A stretch of 37,031 bases of DNA, taken from an uncultured Candidatus Binatia bacterium. GTDB taxonomy: Bacteria > Desulfobacterota > Binatia > UBA9968 > JAJDTQ01. The first letter of the stretch is position 1, and every line of letters begins with the position of its first letter. The notes beneath the pieces are model-generated. The model made no database searches and was not told the DNA's origin. It saw only the letters and a program-made list of their open reading frames with translations. A program made the position numbers and the translations under genes. Shown here one piece after another: positions 17,549-26,530 of the stretch. The stretch is taken from NCBI GenBank assembly GCA_965213675.1, contig CBDCAF010000003.1:1-37031 (forward strand). The letters are read 5' to 3'.

Positions 17549-18790
17549 ATGAAGGACGGCCTGCGTTTCGTGGACAGCGACATGCACATTCAGGAGCCCG
17601 GGAACCTGCTGGAGAAGTACCTGGACCCCGAGTTCCAGCACCGCGTGACCTGGGCGGTGGACGCCAAGGGGAAGGTCAGCCGGCGCACCTGGACCATCGA
17701 CGGTCTCGCCACGGGGGCGGACTCGGAACTGCAACAGCATCGCAAGAGGGCCGCTTCGTCCAAGGCGACGGGGCCGGTCATCGGCGCCGCCACCGGGGTC
17801 TTGTCCGCCTCGCGCCTGGCGGACACCGGGCGCATGGACTTCGCCATCGAGCGGGGCTACGACGAGGAAGCCCAGATCATGGGCATGGAGATGGAAGGCA
17901 TCGACATCGCCGTCCTCTTCCCCACCGGCGGGCTGGGCCTGCTGGCCCGGGACCACATGGATCCGCACCTCTCCCACGCCCTCAGCCGCGCCTACAACGA
18001 CTGGATCCACGACTTCTGCCAGCACTGTCCCGAGCGCATGAAGTTCGCCGCCATGCTGCCGTTGCATGACGTGAACCTCGCGTGCCGCGAACTCAAGCGG
18101 GCGGTGCAGGAACTCGGCGCCGTGGCTTCGTTCATCCGGCCCAACATGGTCAACGGCCACTTCTGGCACTCGAACTACTGGGAACCGCTTTACAGCCTGC
18201 ACGAGGAGCTAAACGTATCCTGGTGTTTCCATGAGGGCACGGGCGCGTGGAACTCCCACATGAACGCGCTCTACGGCGAGAACCGCTTCTACCGCCACGT
18301 GGCCAGTCACTGGATCGAGATGCAGCAGGCGCTCATCGCCATGATCATCGGCGGCGTGTTCGAGTTCCATCCCAAGCTGCGCGTGGGCTACCTCGAAGCG
18401 CAGAACTCCTGGGTGCCCGGCATCCTGACGCGCATCGAGTGGGACTACGCCAACTACCGCGACTCCCACGCCCCGTACCTGTCGCTGACGCCACGGGAAT
18501 ACTTCCAGCGCAACTGCTGGGCCGCGGTGGAAGGCAGCGAGCCGGAGATCGCCGGAACCGCGGAGCTCATCGGCGCGGACCGGATGTGCATCTCCACCGA
18601 CTACCCGCACTTCGATTCGAACTTCCCCAACGTTTCCACGAACCTGCTCAACAACGTGTCACGGGAAATCGCCGGCGCCATCTTCATGGGCGGGGCCGGC
18701 CTCTACAACTTCGAAGAGGCCGATTTCCAGAAGGCCCACGCGGCCGCGGAGGCGAGCCGAACCCGGCAAGCGGCGGTGGGAGAGGGGTGA
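17549..18790 (+). CDS. Amidohydrolase family 2 protein (decarboxylase/hydratase-like)
   Basis: DSDMH metal motif, AVLFPT, RAYNDW, FHEG and STDYPH. SD aggagg upstream of ATG 17549. Confidence 0.93.
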   Translation: MKDGLRFVDSDMHIQEPGNLLEKYLDPEFQHRVTWAVDAKGKVSRRTWTIDGLATGADSELQQHRKRAASSKATGPVIGAATGVLSASRLADTGRMDFAIERGYDEEAQIMGMEMEGIDIAVLFPTGGLGLLARDHMDPHLSHALSRAYNDWIHDFCQHCPERMKFAAMLPLHDVNLACRELKRAVQELGAVASFIRPNMVNGHFWHSNYWEPLYSLHEELNVSWCFHEGTGAWNSHMNALYGENRFYRHVASHWIEMQQALIAMIIGGVFEFHPKLRVGYLEAQNSWVPGILTRIEWDYANYRDSHAPYLSLTPREYFQRNCWAAVEGSEPEIAGTAELIGADRMCISTDYPHFDSNFPNVSTNLLNNVSREIAGAIFMGGAGLYNFEEADFQKAHAAAEASRTRQAAVGEG

Positions 18791-18885
18791 GCCGGCCCCG
18801 GGCAAAGACCTCATGCGGAAGGAGGGGGTGCAGGCGCAGTCGCCGGCGCCCCCTTTCTCGTCCGGGATTCACTTTCGTCCGGGAT

Positions 18886-19743
18886 TCACTTCGGCATCGG
18901 ACCCACCAGCAGCGCGGGGTCGAGGCGGCGGCCGAAAAGGTTGATGCGCCAGTCGAGGTGGGGGCCGGTGGAGCGGCCGGTGGAGCCGACCTCGGCGATG
19001 GGCTGTCCCTGCTTCACGGGCTGGCCCTTCTTGACCAGGACGCGCGCGAGGTGGAGGAACGCGGACGAGAGCCCGTGACCGTGGTCGACGATCAGGGTGC
19101 CGCCGGAAAAGTACATGTCCCGATGCACCAGCGTGACCACGCCTCCGGCGGGCGCCACCACCCGGGTTCCCTTGGGCGCGGCGATGTCAATGCCGTAGTG
19201 GGGCCGCCGGGGCTCGCCGTTGAGGATGCGCTGGGAGCCGTAGACCCCGCTGATGCGGCCCTTGACGGGCCAGCGGAAGCCGCCGAGGAAGTCCGTGCGG
19301 GGGTCGTCGATGGTGCGCGCCCGCTTGACCAGAGCGACCTCCTTGCGGATGCGCGCGAGTTCCTTCCTGCCCGGCGTGACCTTTCTCGGCGGCAGCCCGT
19401 CGATGCGCTGAATACGGTACTTGCGCTTCTCGACGCTCAGTTCGACGCGCTCGCGCCGGCCGTCCGGAAAGACCACCGACAGCACGGCCTTCGGCGCCGC
19501 ATCGCGTCCGAACCCGATGAGGAACCAGCCCTCCCCGGAGACACGCACGGGTTCGCCCGCGAACTTCACCCTGGAACCCGGCGCCACGCGCCCGCGCACG
19601 AGCCCCCCCTGAATCGCAGGACCGTCCAACTGTACCCTGGCCGCTGCCGCGGGGGCCGCGGGCACAAGCAGAATCCACGCCAGTCCCAAGCCAAGCACCG
19701 CACCCCACCCTTGGAACCTTCTCCGCCACCCGACTCGTGCCAT
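18886..19743 (-). CDS. M23 family metallopeptidase
   Basis: PHYGIDIAAP (HxxxD) and GRSTGPHLDW; N-terminal signal; SD aggag upstream. Confidence 0.93.
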   Translation of the reverse strand: MARVGWRRRFQGWGAVLGLGLAWILLVPAAPAAAARVQLDGPAIQGGLVRGRVAPGSRVKFAGEPVRVSGEGWFLIGFGRDAAPKAVLSVVFPDGRRERVELSVEKRKYRIQRIDGLPPRKVTPGRKELARIRKEVALVKRARTIDDPRTDFLGGFRWPVKGRISGVYGSQRILNGEPRRPHYGIDIAAPKGTRVVAPAGGVVTLVHRDMYFSGGTLIVDHGHGLSSAFLHLARVLVKKGQPVKQGQPIAEVGSTGRSTGPHLDWRINLFGRRLDPALLVGPMPK

Positions 19744-19790
19744 GGTTTCTCCTGTGCGCCGCCGAGATGCGGACGCCGTATTCCGTTGGG

Positions 19791-21101
19791 TCAGACCTTC
19801 GTGCCCACCGCGGAGTGGAACGGCTGGGAGATGAAGAACTGGTTGCCGGCGGCGGCGATGGCCTGACGCCATTCCTTCGCTTCCTCCGGATCGAGCCGCA
19901 CGGCCATGCGTTCCTGCTGCTGGTGCAGCCGCTCCCCCGAGGCGTACGTCGCCCACTGGGGCATCATGACCACATCGGCAAGCCCCGCACGCTCCATGCG
20001 CGGATACAGGCTGGCGTCCGCGCACCCCGCCGCCACCACGTCGCCGTAACCGGTCTGGGCCTTGAGCTTCAGTTCGGGCCGAAGCGGCAGGTTGACCCAC
20101 CAGGGCATGTCCAGGGAACGGACGATCACCGCCACTTTTCCGCCCGGCCGGGTGACCCGCACGCACTCCGCGAGCAGGACGTCGGCGTCGTCCTCTTCCA
20201 TGACCGTGAACGCCAGGGTGGCGTCAAAGTCCGCGTCCGGGAAGGGCAGCGCCTGGCCGTCGGCGTGGCGCAGCTTGAGGACGTCGCCCACCCCTTCGGC
20301 CTCTGCCAGCTTCGCGGCCTCGCGCAAGAGATACCCATTGATGTCCGCCCCCACGATGGGGTTGCGCTTGCCGGTGTGCCGGGCCAACCAGCGCGCCACC
20401 GTGCCCGCGCCGCAGCCCACCTCCAGGATCCGTTGGCCGGGCTCGAGCCCCACTTCCGCCACGGCCCCGCGCACCACCCGCAGGTAGCCCTCGGCGCGGG
20501 ATTCCAGAAAAGCCACCATGCCCAGGTGGCGGCCGCCCAGGGAAATGGTCGTAAAGCGCTCCGCCAGCACCGCCAGCACCGGCTCCCATTGGGACGGCGC
20601 CAAGGCCAGCGGAAAGAGCAGCAACGGCGGCCCCGAACCCCGCACCGTGCAGGAGATGCCCGCGGCCTCGTCTTCACCCTGCCGGAGGCGCACTGCCGGA
20701 GCGGGACTGTCCCCTTCCCGGCCCGCGAGAAATTCCAGCATGGCCCGCGCCACCTCGACGCCGCGATCCGCCATGATGTCGGCCCACATGGGGCTGTGAT
20801 AGTCCCGCAGCACCTTCAGCGCGGCGCCGGGCAGCTTTGTCATGGCGCCCATCAATTCCGCCACCTCGTTGCCGCCGTCCCCCGTGACCACCATCATCCG
20901 GCCGGCGTGGGGACCCACCGCTTCGAGCTTCATGCCGCGCGGGCAGATGAGCGTCAGCGACGCCACCGCCGACGGATGCCGCTCCAGCAGCCCGCTCCAG
21001 TCGCCCGGCAGATAGGCCGCCACGTGGGCCCTGTCGATGCCCAGATGCCGCAGCAACGCGACGATGCGTTCCTCCAGCCGTTGAGATTCCTGTGCTGCCA
21101 C
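19791..21101 (-). CDS. Class I SAM methyltransferase fused to an N-terminal degenerate alpha/beta-hydrolase-like region
   Basis: ILEVGCGAG, GADIN, ADGQALPFPDADFD and RVTRPGG. N-terminal LLRHLGIDRAHV and RGSGPPLLL segments. SD gggagg upstream of GTG 21101. Confidence 0.85.
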   Translation of the reverse strand: MAAQESQRLEERIVALLRHLGIDRAHVAAYLPGDWSGLLERHPSAVASLTLICPRGMKLEAVGPHAGRMMVVTGDGGNEVAELMGAMTKLPGAALKVLRDYHSPMWADIMADRGVEVARAMLEFLAGREGDSPAPAVRLRQGEDEAAGISCTVRGSGPPLLLFPLALAPSQWEPVLAVLAERFTTISLGGRHLGMVAFLESRAEGYLRVVRGAVAEVGLEPGQRILEVGCGAGTVARWLARHTGKRNPIVGADINGYLLREAAKLAEAEGVGDVLKLRHADGQALPFPDADFDATLAFTVMEEDDADVLLAECVRVTRPGGKVAVIVRSLDMPWWVNLPLRPELKLKAQTGYGDVVAAGCADASLYPRMERAGLADVVMMPQWATYASGERLHQQQERMAVRLDPEEAKEWRQAIAAAGNQFFISQPFHSAVGTKV

Positions 21102-21150
21102 CCCGTTCCCTCCCATGCCTGATGAGGGATCAACGTACAGCTTTTCTTCA

Positions 21151-21167
21151 TTATCAGCAACTGATAA
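21151..21167. promoter_or_regulatory. Perfect palindrome TTATCAG-N3-CTGATAA, putative operator
   Basis: 7-bp perfect inverted repeat in the AT-rich spacer between divergent genes. Confidence 0.55.
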
Positions 21168-21276
21168 CCCTTGTCCGTGCCGTGCCTGACCGCGAGCGCC
21201 CGACCGCGGGGATGAGGCTTCGCAGGCCGTGTCTCGAATCGCTCTCCACGAACTCTTTTGCAACGTTGGGGTTTCC

Positions 21277-21657
21277 ATGAAGACATTGAAGATCGGCATC
21301 GCCGGCTCCCACTCCGTGAAGGCGCGCACGATGGCGATTGCTCGCGGCGAAACCAAGCCCGCCAGGGGCGAGCCGAAGGTGTGGTTCACATCGGTGGAGA
21401 GCTTCGCGAAGGTGCTTTCGCAGCGCAATCGAGAGCTCTTGACGCTGATCGCGCGGGAGCGGCCGGGCTCGCTCACGGAGTTGGCGGAACTTTCCGGGAG
21501 ACACAAGTCGAACCTGTCGCGGACCCTCAAGACGATATCGCGCTATGGCTTGGTGGAACTGAAGGAAGGGAAACGCGGCGCCTTGATTCCGCGGGTACCC
21601 TATGATCGGGTGAGCCTCGACGTTTCATTGACAGCCACGCCACGAAGAATCGCGTGA
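21277..21657 (+). CDS. Winged-HTH regulator, HVO_A0114/MarR-like antitoxin type; orphan
   Basis: MKTLKIGIA...PKVWFTSVESFAKVLS..NRELL..I....PGSLTELAELSGRHKSNLSRTLKT. Confidence 0.82.
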   Translation: MKTLKIGIAGSHSVKARTMAIARGETKPARGEPKVWFTSVESFAKVLSQRNRELLTLIARERPGSLTELAELSGRHKSNLSRTLKTISRYGLVELKEGKRGALIPRVPYDRVSLDVSLTATPRRIA

Positions 21658-21704
21658 GCCCGTGGCGACGGCCACTTCCGCTTGCGCCATCAGAGACGCG
21701 CGAG

Positions 21705-21733
21705 TTGACCGGCCTTCCCTTTCACGCCACTAT
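21705..21733 (+). promoter_or_regulatory. Possible sigma70 promoter for the carboxyltransferase genes
   Basis: TTGACC-17 nt-CACTAT, ending about 35 nt upstream of ATG 21769. Confidence 0.4.
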
Positions 21734-21768
21734 GGTAAGCCATATCGACGCTGCTTCCAGGAGACACC

Positions 21769-23268
21769 ATGAGCGACATTCACTTCATCGACACCACGCT
21801 GCGGGACGGCAACCAGAGCCTTTGGGCGCTCAACATGAAGACCGCGGCCATGGTGGAGGCGGCGGAGCAGATGGACCAGGCGGGCTTCGAGTCCATGGAG
21901 TTCTTCGTCACCAACATGTTCAAGAAGTACGTGCGCGAGCACAAGGAGAACCCGTGGGAGTGGTTGCGCGAAGGCACCAAGCGCCTGCGCAAGACGGAGC
22001 TGCGGCTCCACGGCGGGCTCAAGGGCGGACTGGAGAAGAAGCCGGCGTCGATCCTGCGGCTGATCATCCAGAAGGTCATCGACAGCGGCATCACCCTCAC
22101 CCGCACCTCTAACTGCTGGAACGACTACGAGGTGTTCGGCGAGGAGGTGAAGGGGCTGCGGGAACTGGGCATGGAGACCGTGGTGAACCTCATCTACTCG
22201 GTTTCGCCGCGGCACACCGACGAGTATTACGCGCAAAAGGCGCGGGAAGCCGCCGCTCTCAAGCCCTACCGCATCTGCTTCAAGGACGTGGGCGGACTGC
22301 TGACCCCCGAGCGCACCCGCGCGCTCGTGCCGCTGGTGCTGGAGAACATTGGCGACACCCCGGTGGAGTTCCACGCCCATTGCAACAACGGCCTCGCCCC
22401 GCTCAACTACATGGAAGCCATCGAGCTGGGCATGACCACCATCCACACCAGCGTGCCGCCGCTGGCCAACGCCTCGGCCCAGCCGTCCATCTTCAACATG
22501 GTGCGGAACATTCGCGCCATGGGACACACGCCGCTGGTGGACGACGAGGCGCTGCGGCCCGTGGAGCAGCACTTCAACTACGTGGCCCGGCGCGACGGCC
22601 TCCCCATCGGCAAGCCCGTGGAATACAACCACGGCCAGTACCTGCACCAGGTGCCCGGCGGCATGATCTCCAACTTCGTGCACCAGCTCAAGCTCGTGGG
22701 CATGGAGGACAAACTACCGGCCGCCCTGGAAGAGGCCGCGCGGGTGCGCGCCGAGTGGGGCTACCCCATCATGGTGACGCCGCTGTCCCAGTTCGTCGGC
22801 ACCCAGGCCGCGTTCAACGTCATCCTGGGCGAGCGCTACAAGGAAGTGGCGGACCAGTCCATTCAGTACGCCCTGGGCATCTGGGGGCGCGACGGCGCGG
22901 AACTCATGGACCCGGACGTCAAGGACAAGATCCTGGGCCGTCCCCGCGCCAAGGCGTGGACCGCGTGGGAGCAGCCCGAACCATCGCTGGCGGAACTGCG
23001 CGGGCAGTTGGGCGGACCGTCGGTTTCGGACGAGGAACTGGTGCTGCGGGTCTACGCCGGCGTGGACGAGGCCAGGGCCATGATGGAAGCGGGACGGCCG
23101 CGGGAGTACCTGAGCGCGCGCCACCCCCTGGTGCGGCTCATCAACGAACTGACCCGGCAGAAGGAGTACACCCAAGTGTACATCCGCAAGCCGGGGTTTT
23201 CGCTTTCACTGGGGCGGAACGCGGACGGTGACGCCGGCAACGGGGCGGGCGCGGCGGCAAGCTCCTAG
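21769..23268 (+). CDS. Pyruvate carboxylase subunit B / oxaloacetate decarboxylase alpha-like carboxyltransferase, no biotinyl domain (copy 1)
   Basis: DTTLRDGNQSL, FKDVGGLL, EFHAHCNNG, HQVPGGMISN and GYPIMVTPLSQFVGTQA. No EAMKM biotinylation motif. Confidence 0.92.
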   Translation: MSDIHFIDTTLRDGNQSLWALNMKTAAMVEAAEQMDQAGFESMEFFVTNMFKKYVREHKENPWEWLREGTKRLRKTELRLHGGLKGGLEKKPASILRLIIQKVIDSGITLTRTSNCWNDYEVFGEEVKGLRELGMETVVNLIYSVSPRHTDEYYAQKAREAAALKPYRICFKDVGGLLTPERTRALVPLVLENIGDTPVEFHAHCNNGLAPLNYMEAIELGMTTIHTSVPPLANASAQPSIFNMVRNIRAMGHTPLVDDEALRPVEQHFNYVARRDGLPIGKPVEYNHGQYLHQVPGGMISNFVHQLKLVGMEDKLPAALEEAARVRAEWGYPIMVTPLSQFVGTQAAFNVILGERYKEVADQSIQYALGIWGRDGAELMDPDVKDKILGRPRAKAWTAWEQPEPSLAELRGQLGGPSVSDEELVLRVYAGVDEARAMMEAGRPREYLSARHPLVRLINELTRQKEYTQVYIRKPGFSLSLGRNADGDAGNGAGAAASS

Positions 23269-23364
23269 TGTGGTGTCTGTCGGGTTTATCGAATTATCGA
23301 GGCAATCCTTCGTCCTTCCGGCAGGCAACCGGCGATTTTCAAAACGGAGACCGGAGAAGAATCC

Positions 23365-24852
23365 ATGAGCAACGTCACTTTCGTGGACACCACGCTGCGC
23401 GATGGCAACCAGAGTCTGTGGGCCTACAACATGAGGACCGCGGCCATGCTGGAGGCCATCGAGAACATGGACCGGGCGGGCTTCGAGTCCATGGAGTTCT
23501 TCAGCGCCACCATGATCAAGAAGTACGTGCGCGAGCACAAGGAGAACCCGTGGCACTGGCTGCGGGAGGGCGCCCGGCGCGCGCGCCACACGCCCCTGCG
23601 CCTCCACGGCAGCATCCGCGGCGGGCTGGAGAAGAAACCCACGTCCGTGGCCAAGCTGGTGATCCGGCACGTGGTGGACAGCGGTATCCGGCTGACGCGC
23701 AACTCCAACCCGTGGAACGACTACTCCGTGTTCAAGGAGGAAGTGGACGATCTGCGCGAGCTGGGCATGGAGGCGGTGGTCAACATCATCTACTCGATTT
23801 CGCCGCGGCACACCGACGAGTACTACGCGCAGAAAGCCCGTGAAGCCGCCGCGCTGAAGCCTTGGCGCGTCTGCTTCAAGGACGTGGGCGGCATGCTGAC
23901 TCCGGAGCGCACCCGGGCGCTGGTGCCCATCGTGCTGGAGAACATCGGCGACACGCCGGTGGAGTTTCACGCCCACTGCAACAACGGCCTGGCGCCGCTC
24001 AACTACCTCGAAGCCATCAAGCTCGGCATGACCACCATCCACACCAGCGTGCCGCCGCTGGCCAACGGTTCGGCCCAGCCCTCCATCTTCAACATGCTCC
24101 GGAACGTGCGCGCCACGGGCCACACCGCTTCGGTGGACGAGGCCGAACTGGAGCCGGTGCGCGACCATTTCACGTTCGTGGCCAAACGCGACGGACTGCC
24201 CATGGGCCAGCCCGCGGCCTTCGATCAGTCCATCTACAACCACCAGGTGCCTGGCGGGATGATCTCCAACTTCGTGCACCAGCTCCGCCTCGTGGGCATG
24301 GAAGACAAGCTCCCGGCGGCGCTGGAAGAGGCCGCGCGGGTGCGCGCCGAGTGGGGTTATCCCATCATGGTGACGCCGCTGTCCCAGTTCGTGGGCACCC
24401 AGGCCGCCATCAACATCATCATGGGGGAGCGTTACAAGCAGGTCACCGACCAGTCCATTCAGTACGCACTGGGCATCTGGGGCCGCCAGGGCGCCGAGTA
24501 CATGGACCCGGACGTGAAGGACCGCATCCTGGGCCGCCCGCGCGCCAGGGCATGGGAGAACTGGGAGCAGCCGGACCCGTCGCTCAAGGAAGTGCGCGCT
24601 CAGATCGGCGGGCCGTCCCTGTCGGACGACGAACTGATCATGCGCGTATATGCCGGGGACGAGGCCGTGGACGCGCTGCAGAACGCGGGCCGACCGCGCG
24701 AATACCTGAGCGCCCGCCAGCCGCTGGTGCGCCTCATCAACGAACTGACCCGCCAGCAGGAGTACACCCAGGTCTACATCCGCAAGCCGGGATTCTCGCT
24801 TTCCCTGGGGAAAACCGGGCCCGCCTCCGGGACTAGTGTGGTGTCTGGTTAA
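23365..24852 (+). CDS. Pyruvate carboxylase subunit B / oxaloacetate decarboxylase alpha-like carboxyltransferase, no biotinyl domain (copy 2)
   Basis: Same motifs and collinear with copy 1. The last codons and the TAA lie inside the MITE terminal repeat. Confidence 0.92.
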   Translation: MSNVTFVDTTLRDGNQSLWAYNMRTAAMLEAIENMDRAGFESMEFFSATMIKKYVREHKENPWHWLREGARRARHTPLRLHGSIRGGLEKKPTSVAKLVIRHVVDSGIRLTRNSNPWNDYSVFKEEVDDLRELGMEAVVNIIYSISPRHTDEYYAQKAREAAALKPWRVCFKDVGGMLTPERTRALVPIVLENIGDTPVEFHAHCNNGLAPLNYLEAIKLGMTTIHTSVPPLANGSAQPSIFNMLRNVRATGHTASVDEAELEPVRDHFTFVAKRDGLPMGQPAAFDQSIYNHQVPGGMISNFVHQLRLVGMEDKLPAALEEAARVRAEWGYPIMVTPLSQFVGTQAAINIIMGERYKQVTDQSIQYALGIWGRQGAEYMDPDVKDRILGRPRARAWENWEQPDPSLKEVRAQIGGPSLSDDELIMRVYAGDEAVDALQNAGRPREYLSARQPLVRLINELTRQQEYTQVYIRKPGFSLSLGKTGPASGTSVVSG

Positions 24853-24995
24853 TTCGGGTCATAATCTGCGGGCCTTTTTCGCCGTCGGCTGCGTTGCTCC
24901 CTCGCGTGGTACCCGCCACTGCTCGTCATCGCGCCTTGCCGACCACAAAATATCCTCCGCACATTATGACCCGAATTAACCAGACACCACACTAG
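24833..24995. mobile_element. Complete 163-bp MITE-like element with 33-bp perfect terminal inverted repeats, CTAG at both ends
   Basis: ctagtgtggtgtctggttaattcgggtcataat ... attatgacccgaattaaccagacaccacactag. The interior is imperfectly palindromic and has no coding capacity. Confidence 0.9.
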
Positions 24996-26102
24996 CTAGA
25001 CCCCGGCAACCATGGGCGCGGGCACCGGCATGTTGTAGAGCCGCGCCACGTTGTCCCGCAGGAGCTTGGCGCGCACGTCGTCGGGCAGATGGCCCAGGTC
25101 CCGGGCCACCACTTCGCGGGAGTGCGGCAGGTGGGCCACCACTTCGCGCGTGGGCCAAGTGGTTGGACCAGTCATGCAGTTGTCGTGCCCCCACCACACC
25201 AGATTGCGGGCGCCCACGGCGTCGTTGAAGAAGGTGGCGAACACCTGCCGGTTGAAGTACTCGGTGGGCAGCTTGTCGATGGTCAGCGGCTCGGTGGGGC
25301 GGTGCCGGTCGAAGTAGTAGTCCCATTGCTCCAGCACGTAGGGCAGCCAGCCGATCTCGTTTTCCACCAGCACCACCTTGAGCCTCGGGAAACGTTCCAG
25401 CACGCCCGAGAAGATGATGTCCATGAGGCTGTCGATAATTTCCCCGAGCTTGAGGTTGACGCTGCCGCGGTAGCGTTCGAGCCCCTTGCGGTCGTAGCGC
25501 GTCTTGACGTAACCGAAGCCCGTGAGGATGTGCACGCTCACGGGCATCTCCATCTCCTGGGCCGCGGCCCAGAAACGTTCGTAGTGGTCCGTGGCGAAGG
25601 ATATTTCCTTGGGCGGCACCTGCCAGATCAGCGCTCCGCGCAACCCCGCCTTCTTGCAGCGCTCCAGCTCCGCCACCGCGTGGTCCATGTCGAAAGTGGC
25701 GATCATGGGCACGCCCACCAGCCGGTCCAGGTCCACCTGGCAGTATTCGATGAGCCAGTCGTTGTAAGCCCGGCAGCACGCCTCGTGGAGCGCGATGTCC
25801 TCCTGGGAGAACAGGCTCAGCGCGTAGGTGGGGTACAGCACCTCGGCGCTCACGCCGTCCACCGCCATCTCCTTGAGCCGGGCACCGGGATCGGAGCCGC
25901 CGGGATGGGTCTGGAACCCCTCTCCCACCTTCAACTCGGGGAAGCGGGGCGCGCTGTCGCGCAAGGCCTGGGGCACGCGGCTCACCAAAGTGTCCGCGGG
26001 CTCCATGACGTGGGAATCCGAGGAGAACAGCACCTCGTCAGTGGAGGCCCCCTCGGTCTCGTACCGGTACGTCCTGCGGTAAAGACCTGTATCGATGCTC
26101 AT
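24996..26102 (-). CDS. Amidohydrolase family 2 protein (C-terminal metal-ligand motif scrambled)
   Basis: SSDSHVMEP, EVLYPT, RAYNDW, PVSVHI and VENEIGW. The expected W-x-x-D-Y/F-P-H is replaced at about 25130-25175. SD aaggag upstream of ATG 26102. Confidence 0.88.
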   Translation of the reverse strand: MSIDTGLYRRTYRYETEGASTDEVLFSSDSHVMEPADTLVSRVPQALRDSAPRFPELKVGEGFQTHPGGSDPGARLKEMAVDGVSAEVLYPTYALSLFSQEDIALHEACCRAYNDWLIEYCQVDLDRLVGVPMIATFDMDHAVAELERCKKAGLRGALIWQVPPKEISFATDHYERFWAAAQEMEMPVSVHILTGFGYVKTRYDRKGLERYRGSVNLKLGEIIDSLMDIIFSGVLERFPRLKVVLVENEIGWLPYVLEQWDYYFDRHRPTEPLTIDKLPTEYFNRQVFATFFNDAVGARNLVWWGHDNCMTGPTTWPTREVVAHLPHSREVVARDLGHLPDDVRAKLLRDNVARLYNMPVPAPMVAGV

Positions 26103-26159
26103 GGTTCGCTCCTTTCGTAACGCTTCATGGTAACGCGCGGCGAACAAAACCGCGCCTTA

Positions 26160-26254
26160 TCGCTCCCGGTGGGCCTAGGGACTTGCACCACATCCATGGC
26201 CAGACTGGCCAGCTCCTCCCGGTGGGTGTGGGAAAAGACCTTCTCCAGGGTCAT
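26160..26254 (-). pseudogene. Possible 5' remnant of an M20/ArgE-type peptidase gene
   Basis: LEKVFSHTHREELASLAMDVVQVPRPTGS resembles the M20 N-terminal 'eelv.l...lv.ipSptG.E' segment; it has no continuation. Confidence 0.35.
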
Positions 26255-26530
26255 GAGGCCACTGTGCATGCGTGGAAGCGCCCTCCGTGAATTACCGCGG
26301 ACGCTACCCAACGCGGGGGCCGAAAGCAAGCCAACGAATTTGACACGGCCGGACCTGATCGGCTATCTGTTTGAACTTCTCGCTGGAGCCTGCCGTTTCT
26401 TTCCGACAACCGAAGCCCCGCATCCGGGCTGCAACACGGCCCGAACGGAGCGACGGGGACTCTCCGCGACAAAACCCGAAAAACATCACTGGACATCACT
26501 CGATAGTCTGACTCGAACAGGAGGCCGTCA

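Noticed and set aside
21102-21530. N-terminal extension of the methyltransferase ORF to 21530
   Set aside because: It overlaps the opposite-strand HTH gene; a good SD precedes GTG at 21101.
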